Source: a phage
Length of the DNA stretch: 64,000 nt
Sequence record: PZ049338.1
Strand: one strand, 5' to 3'
In this document: positions 1 through 7,276 of the stretch, piece after piece
Position numbering within the stretch: the stretch's first letter is position 1
Layout of the letters: each line of letters starts with the position of its first letter
Made by a program: the position numbers and the translations under genes
The notes under the pieces: generated by a model
What the model was told of the DNA's origin: nothing
What the model saw: only the letters and a program-made list of their open reading frames with translations
Databases searched by the model: none

Positions 1-171
1 TTAGTAACGTGTACGAGTTACCGGATATTCGGCTTCACGCAGACGTCTCAGGTTTTCTTCAACCGGATTGGCTTGCTTGCGAGAAGCTAGGATGCGCTCA
101 CGGCGTTCAAGAGCATCTTCACGGTATCCGATAGTTGCTGGTAAGGACACAGCTACACGTTTCTTTTTCAT
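1..171 (-). CDS. small hypothetical protein (56 aa)
   Basis: Not in ORF track (<60 aa). ATG at 171-169 overlaps stop of upstream gene (ATGA), TAA at 3-1; translation MKKKRVAVSLPATIGYRE... Confidence 0.35.
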   Translation of the reverse strand: MKKKRVAVSLPATIGYREDALERRERILASRKQANPVEENLRRLREAEYPVTRTRY

Positions 172-539
172 TTTTTAGTACCTATGGTAGATAAGTCTAC
201 GTTTTTGTAAAATTGTGCAACCTGATAAGCGCGGTCGGCGATGGTTGCGTCAGGGATTGGTCCACGTTCCACACCAGCGTCACAGTAGTAACACTGGAGG
301 ATGCAAACTTGTAACGCATATTCACGTCGTTGAACCCAGATACGGAAGAAGGTGTCTAGCTCTTCGTCCGAGTAGCGCAAGTAAGGGTCTTGCTTGATGC
401 GCTCGATTGATTCAGGGTGCAATGGTAGTGGCTTGTTGCCACCCATCACGAAAGGATAAAGCTGTCGCAGCGAAGATAGGACACGCTTGTAGGTATCATG
501 CTCAATTTGGGTGAAGCGAATCGGCGTGTGAGCTTTCAT
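168..539 (-). CDS. hypothetical protein (123 aa)
   Basis: ORF track; co-oriented with neighbours in a packed minus-strand block. Confidence 0.55.
   Translation of the reverse strand: MKAHTPIRFTQIEHDTYKRVLSSLRQLYPFVMGGNKPLPLHPESIERIKQDPYLRYSDEELDTFFRIWVQRREYALQVCILQCYYCDAGVERGPIPDATIADRAYQVAQFYKNVDLSTIGTKK
279..290 (-). other. strand-specific 12-mer (TACTACTGTGAC on minus), exact copy 1
   Basis: exact 12-mer; shares 18-mer with copy at 2539. Confidence 0.6.
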
Positions 540-906
540 TTAATTTTTCCTTATTACGCTGACCGAACATGTAATACGAAGACCAGTTTGCAGTTTGTGC
601 ATTGCAAATTGGGGTGATAACATTAGTGCAACCATTCATCGAAGATGATAACTCGATTACACTTGCAATGGATTGGTTTACGTTGACACTGCCAGCGCCC
701 ATCTGGATTGCTTCAACATAGCCATCAAACATAATGTCTAAGCATTCTTGACGATCTGTTAAATCGTCAACCATATCACACACAGCAGCAGCATCAGAGT
801 TCATCATGTCAACGATGTTGGCTGGAATATCTACCGGAGGAAGTTCAGCGGTAGCAGGCACAGGGTGACAGGCAGAGATAAACAAGGCCAGCAGTAAACG
901 TTTCAT
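502..906 (-). CDS. hypothetical secreted protein with N-terminal signal-peptide-like segment (134 aa)
   Basis: N-terminus MKRLLLALFISACHPVPATA is hydrophobic; start overlaps upstream stop (ATGA). Confidence 0.5.
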   Translation of the reverse strand: MKRLLLALFISACHPVPATAELPPVDIPANIVDMMNSDAAAVCDMVDDLTDRQECLDIMFDGYVEAIQMGAGSVNVNQSIASVIELSSSMNGCTNVITPICNAQTANWSSYYMFGQRNKEKLNESSHADSLHPN

Positions 907-1214
907 ATAATGATTTCCAGAGATTTAAGGTGAACACGCTTGAGGTGTCCATCTTTGAATTTAACAATAACATACGGGGAGAAGTACGGAGCACTGTCAC
1001 TGTGGTATTCACAGAAGGCCGTATGTTCAGATGAATAGCGATACATCAGGTCACGGTTACGCAGAATGCGACGCTTAGTGAAGTCGAGCGCCAGACCTTT
1101 ATCTTTGAAGCCGAGCTTTTTCATCTCAGCTTGTACATGATTCCACACAGAATAACGCATTATCCACCCATCCCAACGAAAGTAATCAGACCGAAAAACA
1201 CACCGAAGGCGCAC
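903..1214 (-). CDS. hypothetical protein (103 aa)
   Basis: ORF track; tight coupling to downstream gene. Confidence 0.5.
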   Translation of the reverse strand: MRLRCVFRSDYFRWDGWIMRYSVWNHVQAEMKKLGFKDKGLALDFTKRRILRNRDLMYRYSSEHTAFCEYHSDSAPYFSPYVIVKFKDGHLKRVHLKSLEIII

Positions 1215-1247
1215 AATGAAATGACGCCAGCCACATGAGCACGCGCC

Positions 1248-1259
1248 GTCACAGTAGTA
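1248..1259 (-). other. strand-specific 12-mer, exact copy 2 (intergenic)
   Basis: exact 12-mer. Confidence 0.6.
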
Positions 1260-1649
1260 TTACGAGTTGCCATGAGTGATTACCTTAACCAGAGTGTTAA
1301 CGTGAATTGAAGTAACGTCGCCAGTTTCCAGAACTTTGCAGCGAATTTCGTCGAACGTGCTGTCAATTTCAAGAACTAAATAAGTTTCTTGATTATCACA
1401 ATGACGATGGTCACATGGACGGCAAACATCATTGACTGACAGCGCGCCAATGGCAATTGGTTTTACTTCATCGGATGGACGCAGACGGCACGCAGCATAG
1501 GCCGGGAACTTTGCAACAGTCTTGCTGATTTCATTGACAGCCAGAACATTGTCATGCTCGCCATACATACGGATGCAAACGTAGACAGTATCATCACTGC
1601 CTAGACTGAATCGGTCGCCTAAATTCAATTCGAACATTTCACGTTTCAT
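1260..1649 (-). CDS. hypothetical protein (129 aa)
   Basis: ORF track. Confidence 0.55.
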   Translation of the reverse strand: MKREMFELNLGDRFSLGSDDTVYVCIRMYGEHDNVLAVNEISKTVAKFPAYAACRLRPSDEVKPIAIGALSVNDVCRPCDHRHCDNQETYLVLEIDSTFDEIRCKVLETGDVTSIHVNTLVKVITHGNS

Positions 1650-1662
1650 AAATCCACCTGAA

Positions 1663-1827
1663 TTAAGATAATTTCAAATTAGTGCCAGCTACAGTCGCAC
1701 TGATTGCAGGCCATACAGCCAGAATAAAGAAAATACCAGCGATTAAATCACCGCCGAAAAGCCAGAAGAAGGCAGAAAGGAACAGAAAGAACACGCTCAG
1801 GATAATTTTCAATAACGTTTTCATCAT
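1663..1827 (-). CDS. small hydrophobic membrane protein (54 aa)
   Basis: Not in ORF track. ATGATG start at 1827 with GAGAGG Shine-Dalgarno upstream; translation MMKTLLKIILSVFFLFLSAFFWLFGGDLIAGIFFILAVWPAIS... gives two predicted TM segments. Confidence 0.4.
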   Translation of the reverse strand: MMKTLLKIILSVFFLFLSAFFWLFGGDLIAGIFFILAVWPAISATVAGTNLKLS

Positions 1828-1943
1828 GAACCTCTCATTCGTTGTTGGGAATAGTCACAGTAGTTGGCACTGGCGGTAATGATGCCAATACTTGAGCGGC
1901 ATAATCAGCCATGAATTTCATGTACTCAGCAGGTGTAAGCATA

Positions 1944-2153
1944 TTAAAACCCCCACACGTTATTGTAGTAAGCATCGCCAGACGGACGGGATGAATCAAG
2001 TCGTGACAAATCATCACGGCGCTTAATACGGGCTTTCATTGCAGCACGGGCGGCAGCACGCTTTTTATAGCTTGCCTTGTTCTTGCCACGGGGCACAGCT
2101 TGCCCTTTCATTTTCTGCAATGAAATCAAATCGTTATAGCGTTTACTTGCCAT
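1944..2153 (-). CDS. small basic (Arg/Lys-rich) protein (69 aa)
   Basis: ORF track; composition KRAAARAAMKARIKRRDD suggests nucleic-acid binding. Confidence 0.45.
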   Translation of the reverse strand: MASKRYNDLISLQKMKGQAVPRGKNKASYKKRAAARAAMKARIKRRDDLSRLDSSRPSGDAYYNNVWGF

Positions 2154-2508
2154 GACGTTTCCCCTTACTTGGTTTTACGTGACGTTTTTTGTGAGTATTG
2201 TACACGCGAGGCTCGGCCTTGCTTGCATTTTGGCGCGGTTTCTCAGCCTTAGCCGCTTTCATTTCTTCCGTGTATGTGCGCTCGTCGCCTAACTTGATGC
2301 GTACACCATTAACCACGGTTTTAAAACCAGTCTGACTAATCTGATAATGAAGACACTTGCGCTTCTGACCGTTCAACAATTTATGGACGGACTCGGACGC
2401 AGTTTTAGTACCGCCCACGGCTTGCAAAGATTGCTTGCGCTTTTTAATGCGTGGACGGTTGACTTTTACAGCGTAGATTGACGCGTTCATTATGAATTGA
2501 ACAGACAT
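2143..2508 (-). CDS. Lys-rich basic protein, possible DNA/RNA-binding (121 aa)
   Basis: ORF track; GAGG SD upstream of ATG; very basic C-terminus. Confidence 0.5.
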   Translation of the reverse strand: MSVQFIMNASIYAVKVNRPRIKKRKQSLQAVGGTKTASESVHKLLNGQKRKCLHYQISQTGFKTVVNGVRIKLGDERTYTEEMKAAKAEKPRQNASKAEPRVYNTHKKRHVKPSKGKRHGK

Positions 2509-2538
2509 AGTTGTGCCTCAAATCGGTTGGGTGGAGTC

Positions 2539-2550
2539 GTCACAGTAGTA
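2539..2550 (-). other. strand-specific 12-mer, exact copy 3 (intergenic)
   Basis: exact 12-mer. Confidence 0.6.
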
Positions 2551-2561
2551 ACACTGCGGCC

Positions 2562-2687
2562 TTACATGAACAGGGAAGCGAAGACACAAGCGGCAACGAT
2601 ACCACAAGCGAAGGTTAACCAGAATTTTGTAGTGCCTTCGTGAATGTCAACATCGCCATACTCGACGGTATACTTATTCTTGTTCAT
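2562..2687 (-). CDS. small protein with hydrophobic C-terminus (41 aa)
   Basis: Not in ORF track; ATG at 2687 preceded by AAGGTG SD; MNKNKYTVEYGDVDIHEGTTKFWLTFACGIVAACVFASLFM. Confidence 0.3.
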   Translation of the reverse strand: MNKNKYTVEYGDVDIHEGTTKFWLTFACGIVAACVFASLFM

Positions 2688-2757
2688 ATTAGTCACCTTG
2701 TCAGTTAAGTAATACTAATAAAGCCCATCATATAGATAGGCTTGATAGTGTCACTTG

Positions 2758-3378
2758 TTACGCAGCTTTCTTGCTTGCTGCCTTGCTGCGCAGTTCACGC
2801 ATATTTTCAGCGGTGAACAGATCGTTGATGGCTTTAATGGCCATGTTACGCAGTACATCGGTATTCGCGCCGTTCTCAATCGCTTGCTGCAATTGGGATT
2901 GGATAGACGAGCGGATTGATTTGGCGGACTTATCCAAATCATATGACTTAGCATCGCGCTCCTTAGTCTTATTGGTATGCAGCAGGGAAGAGTATTCCGC
3001 AGCTACGAAGGCTTTTACCGCGTTACGATATGCAACCTTCTGCTCCTTAGATACCGGAGCTTCACCTTTCGCCGCGTCATGTTTCCAGTTGGTTACGGTG
3101 TAGGCTTTTTCTTTCTTGTCTGCGGACGTGTTATCTTTATCCATTTTGATAACCAGTTTTGCCATAGTCGGCAGCAGGTCATTGATAACAGCACGTTGCA
3201 ATTGTGGGAAACGTTTAATTGCATTGATGAAAAATTCAATATTGGACGGATTGCAGGAGTCTTTACCCCAATAATCGGTCGCAACTACCTCAAAGGTTTT
3301 AACCAGACCGCGCGAACCTTCACGGAAGTTTTTAACGGATTCGATAATCAGCATTTGGGTAGCGTTCAATTTAGCCAT
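2758..3378 (-). CDS. hypothetical protein (206 aa), first sizeable gene of the leftward unit
   Basis: ORF track; GAGGAA SD 9 nt upstream of ATG at 3378. Confidence 0.6.
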   Translation of the reverse strand: MAKLNATQMLIIESVKNFREGSRGLVKTFEVVATDYWGKDSCNPSNIEFFINAIKRFPQLQRAVINDLLPTMAKLVIKMDKDNTSADKKEKAYTVTNWKHDAAKGEAPVSKEQKVAYRNAVKAFVAAEYSSLLHTNKTKERDAKSYDLDKSAKSIRSSIQSQLQQAIENGANTDVLRNMAIKAINDLFTAENMRELRSKAASKKAA

Positions 3379-3434
3379 GATAATATTCCTCGTTGTTTAC
3401 ATTGATTGAGTTATGAATCAGCACGATTCGATAA

Positions 3435-3466
3435 ATAGCCCACGCATCATGGGAATTATGGGCTAT
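3435..3466. other. inverted repeat (ATAGCCCA ... TGGGCTAT) just upstream of the first leftward gene
   Basis: 8-bp arms read directly; possible operator or RNA structure. Confidence 0.35.
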
Positions 3467-4238
3467 TCGAATCATCACTATTTGCGACTTGTCCAGTCGC
3501 CGGACTGATGCGCGCCTGATGGATACGGGGGCGAGTACCTTTTCACTTTACACATCAAATTTTACTCCCCGACTATCTGCGAATTAAAGATTAATCAGTG
3601 TTAATTGACGCAGTGACACGCCTCAAACGAGATAATCAACCATTGAAATCAATCAAGGCCGATTAAATAAAACTTGTCGTTGTTGTGCTACGTTGTCGCA
3701 TTCTTTATATAATCTTTCGGTAGTCTTAGTTGTGAGTAGGTAGAATTTTCATTCATTCGCTATCACTATTCGATTACGCGGCCTCTCGGCCTATCATCTT
3801 TTCAATCACTAGCCCACTTATTCTATTCAGTGAGATACCAAATTAACACTATACCGACGCTTAGATGTATAGATGATGTTCTAGTCTGGTTAAATCAGTC
3901 TTTACTTTGATGGCAACATGACACGTTGTGTAAACCGCTGGCACTTAAGCCGTCACGCATTGCGTTTTACGCCACCTTTTCAACCTTCCTTGCAAGCCTT
4001 GCGACTTTTAAGGTCGGGGCAAACTACTCCGGCTAAGTATTCAGTGTCTTATGTTTCCCACTGTTACCCGCTTTCGTCAATAAGCCGTAATTTAAAACCA
4101 TCCGTTAATCAGGTATGATTGCCACATTGTCGGGGGGAAGTATCCGACTGATGTTTACCGTTGGTTATACGGCGGGCTATTGCCCCTTAAGGTGCGGCCT
4201 ATGTGGTAGGCTGCCTTTGATGGGTAATGATTAACCTA

Positions 4239-4248
4239 TCCCATCTAT
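4239..4248 (+). promoter_or_regulatory. TCCCATCTAT motif copy 1
   Basis: exact 10-mer, repeated 4 times in the control region. Confidence 0.35.
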
Positions 4249-4269
4249 TTACTACTGGATAACTAATCT

Positions 4270-4292
4270 AGTTAATCCACATATATTAAGAG
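4270..4292 (-). promoter_or_regulatory. 23-bp repeated element, inverted copy (CTCTTAATATATGTGGATTAACT on minus strand)
   Basis: 1 mismatch to copies at 25156-25178 and 47913-47935. Confidence 0.4.
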
Positions 4293-4315
4293 ATAATCCC
4301 TTAATACGTCCTACT

Positions 4316-4351
4316 TAAAACATTCTAGGTTATCCCTTCCTACCTTGTCAA
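4316..4351 (-). promoter_or_regulatory. sigma70-type promoter P1 (leftward): -35 TTGACA 4351-4346, -10 TAGAAT 4327-4322, 18-nt spacer
   Basis: hexamers read directly; AT-rich upstream. Confidence 0.5.
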
Positions 4352-4426
4352 CCTTACTTAGAAAATTCTTTCTTCTGGTTGACTCACCTGATAGTTACTT
4401 GGCTATTCAGCTTCACTATCTGGTAT

Positions 4427-4463
4427 GTGGTAGATTATAGGTTTAACCTTTCTACCTTGTCAA
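4427..4463 (-). promoter_or_regulatory. sigma70-type promoter P2 (leftward): -35 TTGACA 4463-4458, -10 TATAAT 4439-4434, 18-nt spacer
   Basis: consensus hexamers; shares CTACCTTGTCAA context with P1; AT-rich UP-like region. Confidence 0.6.
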
Positions 4464-4683
4464 TAAGATATTTTAATTTATCTTGCTGACCTTTACTACC
4501 TATCAGGCTTTCGCGTTGTTGCTGCGTCGTCCTGATATGATTAACTATACGCAATCTTTTCAGATATGCAAACTAATATTTTAATTATTTTCTAACTTTC
4601 TTTCATCTCACTGATTTATAACGGATTATTTCTTGATATTCTTTCTTGATTCAGTGGATAAGATACGGGATACGGCTTATCTA

Positions 4684-4693
4684 TCCCATCTAT
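4684..4693 (+). promoter_or_regulatory. TCCCATCTAT motif copy 2
   Basis: exact 10-mer. Confidence 0.35.
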
Positions 4694-4894
4694 AGCGTCA
4701 CCTTTCCACCTGGACAAATTGGAACATCAATCACCTTATCTATTCCCTACCTTTCCAGCTCATAGATTCATGCCTGATTGATGATCTTTCTTGTGAGCTG
4801 GAAGCTAAGAGATAACACCGCATGAATTAAAACTAGATAAAGGGCACTAGATAGAAACATGCGGAACGTTATCCCATACGTCTTAATTGCTATT

Positions 4895-4932
4895 ACACGG
4901 AAGAAAGGAAAGGAAGAAAGGAAGAAAGGAAG
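4895..4932 (+). repeat. polypurine tract (GGAAGAAAGGAAAGGAAGAAAGGAAGAAAGGAAGA)
   Basis: read directly. Confidence 0.7.
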
Positions 4933-5040
4933 ATACACCATACGGATTAATGCTTATCAAACTATCGTCGGGTAACGGTGCAATGATTAAGATTGATGCG
5001 ACCAATGGTCGTGTTATGACCTGCGGTCATGCGTACCTAT

Positions 5041-5198
5041 TATCAAAGTCAACAATCAAACGATGATTATCAAAGACGATTATCAAACGATAACTATCAA
5101 AGACGATTATCAAACGATAACCATCAAAGGATAACTATCAAAGGATAACTATCAAAGGATAACTATCAAAGGATAACTATCAAAGGATAACTATCAAA
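5041..5198. repeat. tandem array, about 12 units of 13-14 bp with core TATCAAAG/C (5 perfect GGATAACTATCAAA units at 5129-5198)
   Basis: read directly; iteron-like. Confidence 0.85.
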
Positions 5199-5803
5199 GG
5201 CTGGCATTTTAAACACCGACGTTTTAGCCTCACAAAATAACGGGAAGAAATATAGCTCAGGATACTTACTATTAGTAAGAACATAACCATGCTGGTTATT
5301 ATTACCATGCTATCTATGCGATGGCTTATCATTAGGTAGCTAACTATAACATCGTGCATCATATTCCATTGGTATCATTAGATGACTAATCATGTGCGTG
5401 CATAGTATATCACTTGAGATAATAACGCATGAATACTATATCACTTCCCATTATCAGCGGAGGTATATTAATCCCGTGAACTAATAGCCAACTAATTACT
5501 TATGATATAGTTGCCAATGTTATTAATAGATGAGGTATGGTATCATTTGTATATTAATAATAAGCAAGCTATCTATTCACTGGATGCAATTACAGTATTG
5601 TGCTTCATCCAATAGGCTGTATAATCGTTGTTACATTGTTAACGGTATATGTGCCGACCCACTTCCCCCTTTTTAAAAGTTGTGTGCGCAGCTAGCCCCC
5701 TATACCACCGCGTGAGAGTATGAGAATGAGGATACCCTAACCAATTAATGGGTGAGAGTGATTGCCCGTGGGTATGACCTCCCATCAGACAGTACTCATG
5801 ACC

Positions 5804-5813
5804 TCCCATCTAT
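5804..5813 (+). promoter_or_regulatory. TCCCATCTAT motif copy 3 (GACCTCCCATC also at 5776-5786)
   Basis: exact 10-mer. Confidence 0.35.
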
Positions 5814-5872
5814 CAGTGTCAGTAGAGGCCGAAGGCCTTGGTCTTACCAAAGGTAAGTGACTTCCCATCTAT

Positions 5873-5882
5873 TTTCACTTTC
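5873..5882 (+). promoter_or_regulatory. TCCCATCTAT motif copy 4
   Basis: exact 10-mer. Confidence 0.35.
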
Positions 5883-5896
5883 TTTCAGTGTAAACA

Positions 5897-5920
5897 GTGT
5901 AAATCTGTAAGAAAATTGAA
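5897..5920 (+). promoter_or_regulatory. repeat TTCAGTGTAA-N-TCTGTAA copy 1 (candidate late promoter or packaging-related element)
   Basis: near-identical copy at 6168-6188; TAATCTGTAAG also at 12433-12443 upstream of capsid gene. Confidence 0.3.
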
Positions 5921-6167
5921 AATTTTGAACTAAAGTTCATGTACGAAGGAGATAGAGATTGATAAGAGATTCTTAAACAGTTTCTTATATATCTCCTTCT
6001 TATCCATTCTTATATATCCTCTCTTCTCTCCTCTATAAAAGCCCCTCTTATATTTAAAAATCCATAAACCAATTACGCTGAACAAGAAGAAAGTATAAAG
6101 GAGGTTATGACCTTCCATCTGATTGATAAGATGAGTACCCATCAACTATTTTAATCTTTTCAGTGTA

Positions 6168-6188
6168 AGTCTGTAATGTTTTCCATTT
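6168..6188 (+). promoter_or_regulatory. repeat TTCAGTGTAA-N-TCTGTAA copy 2
   Basis: see copy 1; about 135 bp upstream of first late gene. Confidence 0.3.
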
Positions 6189-6322
6189 ATCAGTGCTATA
6201 TGTAACTGTAGCATCTATAAGGTTTATGTAATTAATAAATAGATAGATGGGTGGATGGTGGGAACTACATTCGCTGGAAGCGAAACTATTGCTTCTGGCA
6301 ATTATTAATTGAAGGAGTGAAC

Positions 6323-6709
6323 ATGTCTGACAATAACGAATTACTTGATTCCATTGTTGAAGGTCGCTCCGTCAAGACTGGACAGTTTGTGAAGGGTAAT
6401 ACTCAAGGTAAGGGCCGTCCGAAAGGTAGCCGAAACAAAATGACTCAACGAATGTTGAATCGTGTTGCTGAACGAAGTGAAGATGGTTTGTCTATGGAAG
6501 AAATCATGATGGATATCGCCCAAGACCCTCAAATGCCAGCAGAGCTTCGCTTTAAAGCAGCAGCTAAAGTTTCTGACCTCGTTTATCCTAAAGCATCTTC
6601 TGTTGAAGTTAAGATGGACGATAAAGAAAGCATGACTAAAGAACAGATTGATGCTCGCCTTAAAGCTTTGCTTAGTGGTGGCCATACAACTGAAGACACT
6701 GAGGACTAA
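6323..6709 (+). CDS. putative DNA-binding protein / terminase small subunit candidate (128 aa) with AT-hook-like GRPKGSR motif
   Basis: start moved to internal ATG 6323 (GAAGGAG SD); sits 2 genes upstream of large terminase; function by position only. Confidence 0.4.
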   Translation: MSDNNELLDSIVEGRSVKTGQFVKGNTQGKGRPKGSRNKMTQRMLNRVAERSEDGLSMEEIMMDIAQDPQMPAELRFKAAAKVSDLVYPKASSVEVKMDDKESMTKEQIDARLKALLSGGHTTEDTED

Positions 6710-6711
6710 AT

Positions 6712-6948
6712 ATGATTGGACTGATATTTGATATTCTTATTCCACGCTTCCGTACTTCTGATTTTTGCCTTGAGGGTAATGATGCTGAAGGTTATGACGC
6801 TGTGTGTGAATATACGTCACGAGATGTAGGAGAACGCTTCGATAAGATAGCAAGTATCAGTTACTTTCAACTCTTCGGGTTTGTTCTGTTTCCTAAAGTA
6901 CATCTAGATTCGATTCGTACGTTTACAAGAGAAGACGTACTGAAATAA
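6712..6948 (+). CDS. hypothetical protein (78 aa)
   Basis: ORF track; SD GAGGA in end of preceding gene. Confidence 0.4.
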   Translation: MIGLIFDILIPRFRTSDFCLEGNDAEGYDAVCEYTSRDVGERFDKIASISYFQLFGFVLFPKVHLDSIRTFTREDVLK

Positions 6949-7276
6949 ATTCCTTGCCAGCCAGCGAGGTTGACTTTCGTCGGGTAAGTCGTGAAAGAAC
7001 CCGACCGCGAATTCAAAGTCTAGCTAGGGTGACAAGAGTATGACAGGCTGTCCTAGATAAGTGTCGGTACTCAACTAGATGTTGTATTGGATGTTAGGTA
7101 AGTCAAGAGAGACAAGCCACGGTCGGGGTCGTCCACGTTAAACATTAAAACCCCGCCCCTCGAATACACGACTGAAGATTTTCCAAATGACTAAAGGTTC
7201 AGAAAATTTTGCAGTTGCCGCTTTGCGGATTAGGGTGAGAGCCCTCGAAAGGTTTATAGTATACACGGAGGTAAGG

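Noticed and set aside
215-397. Plus-strand ORF (60 aa) inside minus-strand gene 168-539
   Set aside because: Antisense to a better-supported gene in a co-oriented block; no RBS; likely spurious. Similar antisense ORFs (e.g. 1682-1879, 2771-3103, 2977-3405) were rejected for the same reason.
3918-4118. Plus-strand ORF (66 aa) in the non-coding control region
   Set aside because: No convincing RBS, lies in a repeat- and promoter-rich region, orientation opposite to the early promoters.
5041-5198. Possible CRISPR array
   Set aside because: Repeat period is only 13-14 bp with no unique spacers; it is a simple tandem or iteron array.
5180-6145. Minus-strand ORFs 5180-5362 and 5930-6145 in the control region
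   Set aside because: Low-complexity translations (Ile/Leu/Phe-rich) produced by AT-rich repeat DNA; no translation signals.
3379-6322. tRNA or other structured RNA gene in the control region
   Set aside because: No cloverleaf with a T-loop-like GTTCRANYC element found by eye; cannot exclude without a tRNA scanner.
7187-7276. N-terminal extension of the large terminase (track start 7187)
   Set aside because: Internal ATG at 7277 has a strong GGAGG RBS and gives a conventional N-terminus; the upstream extension lies in a structured intergenic region.
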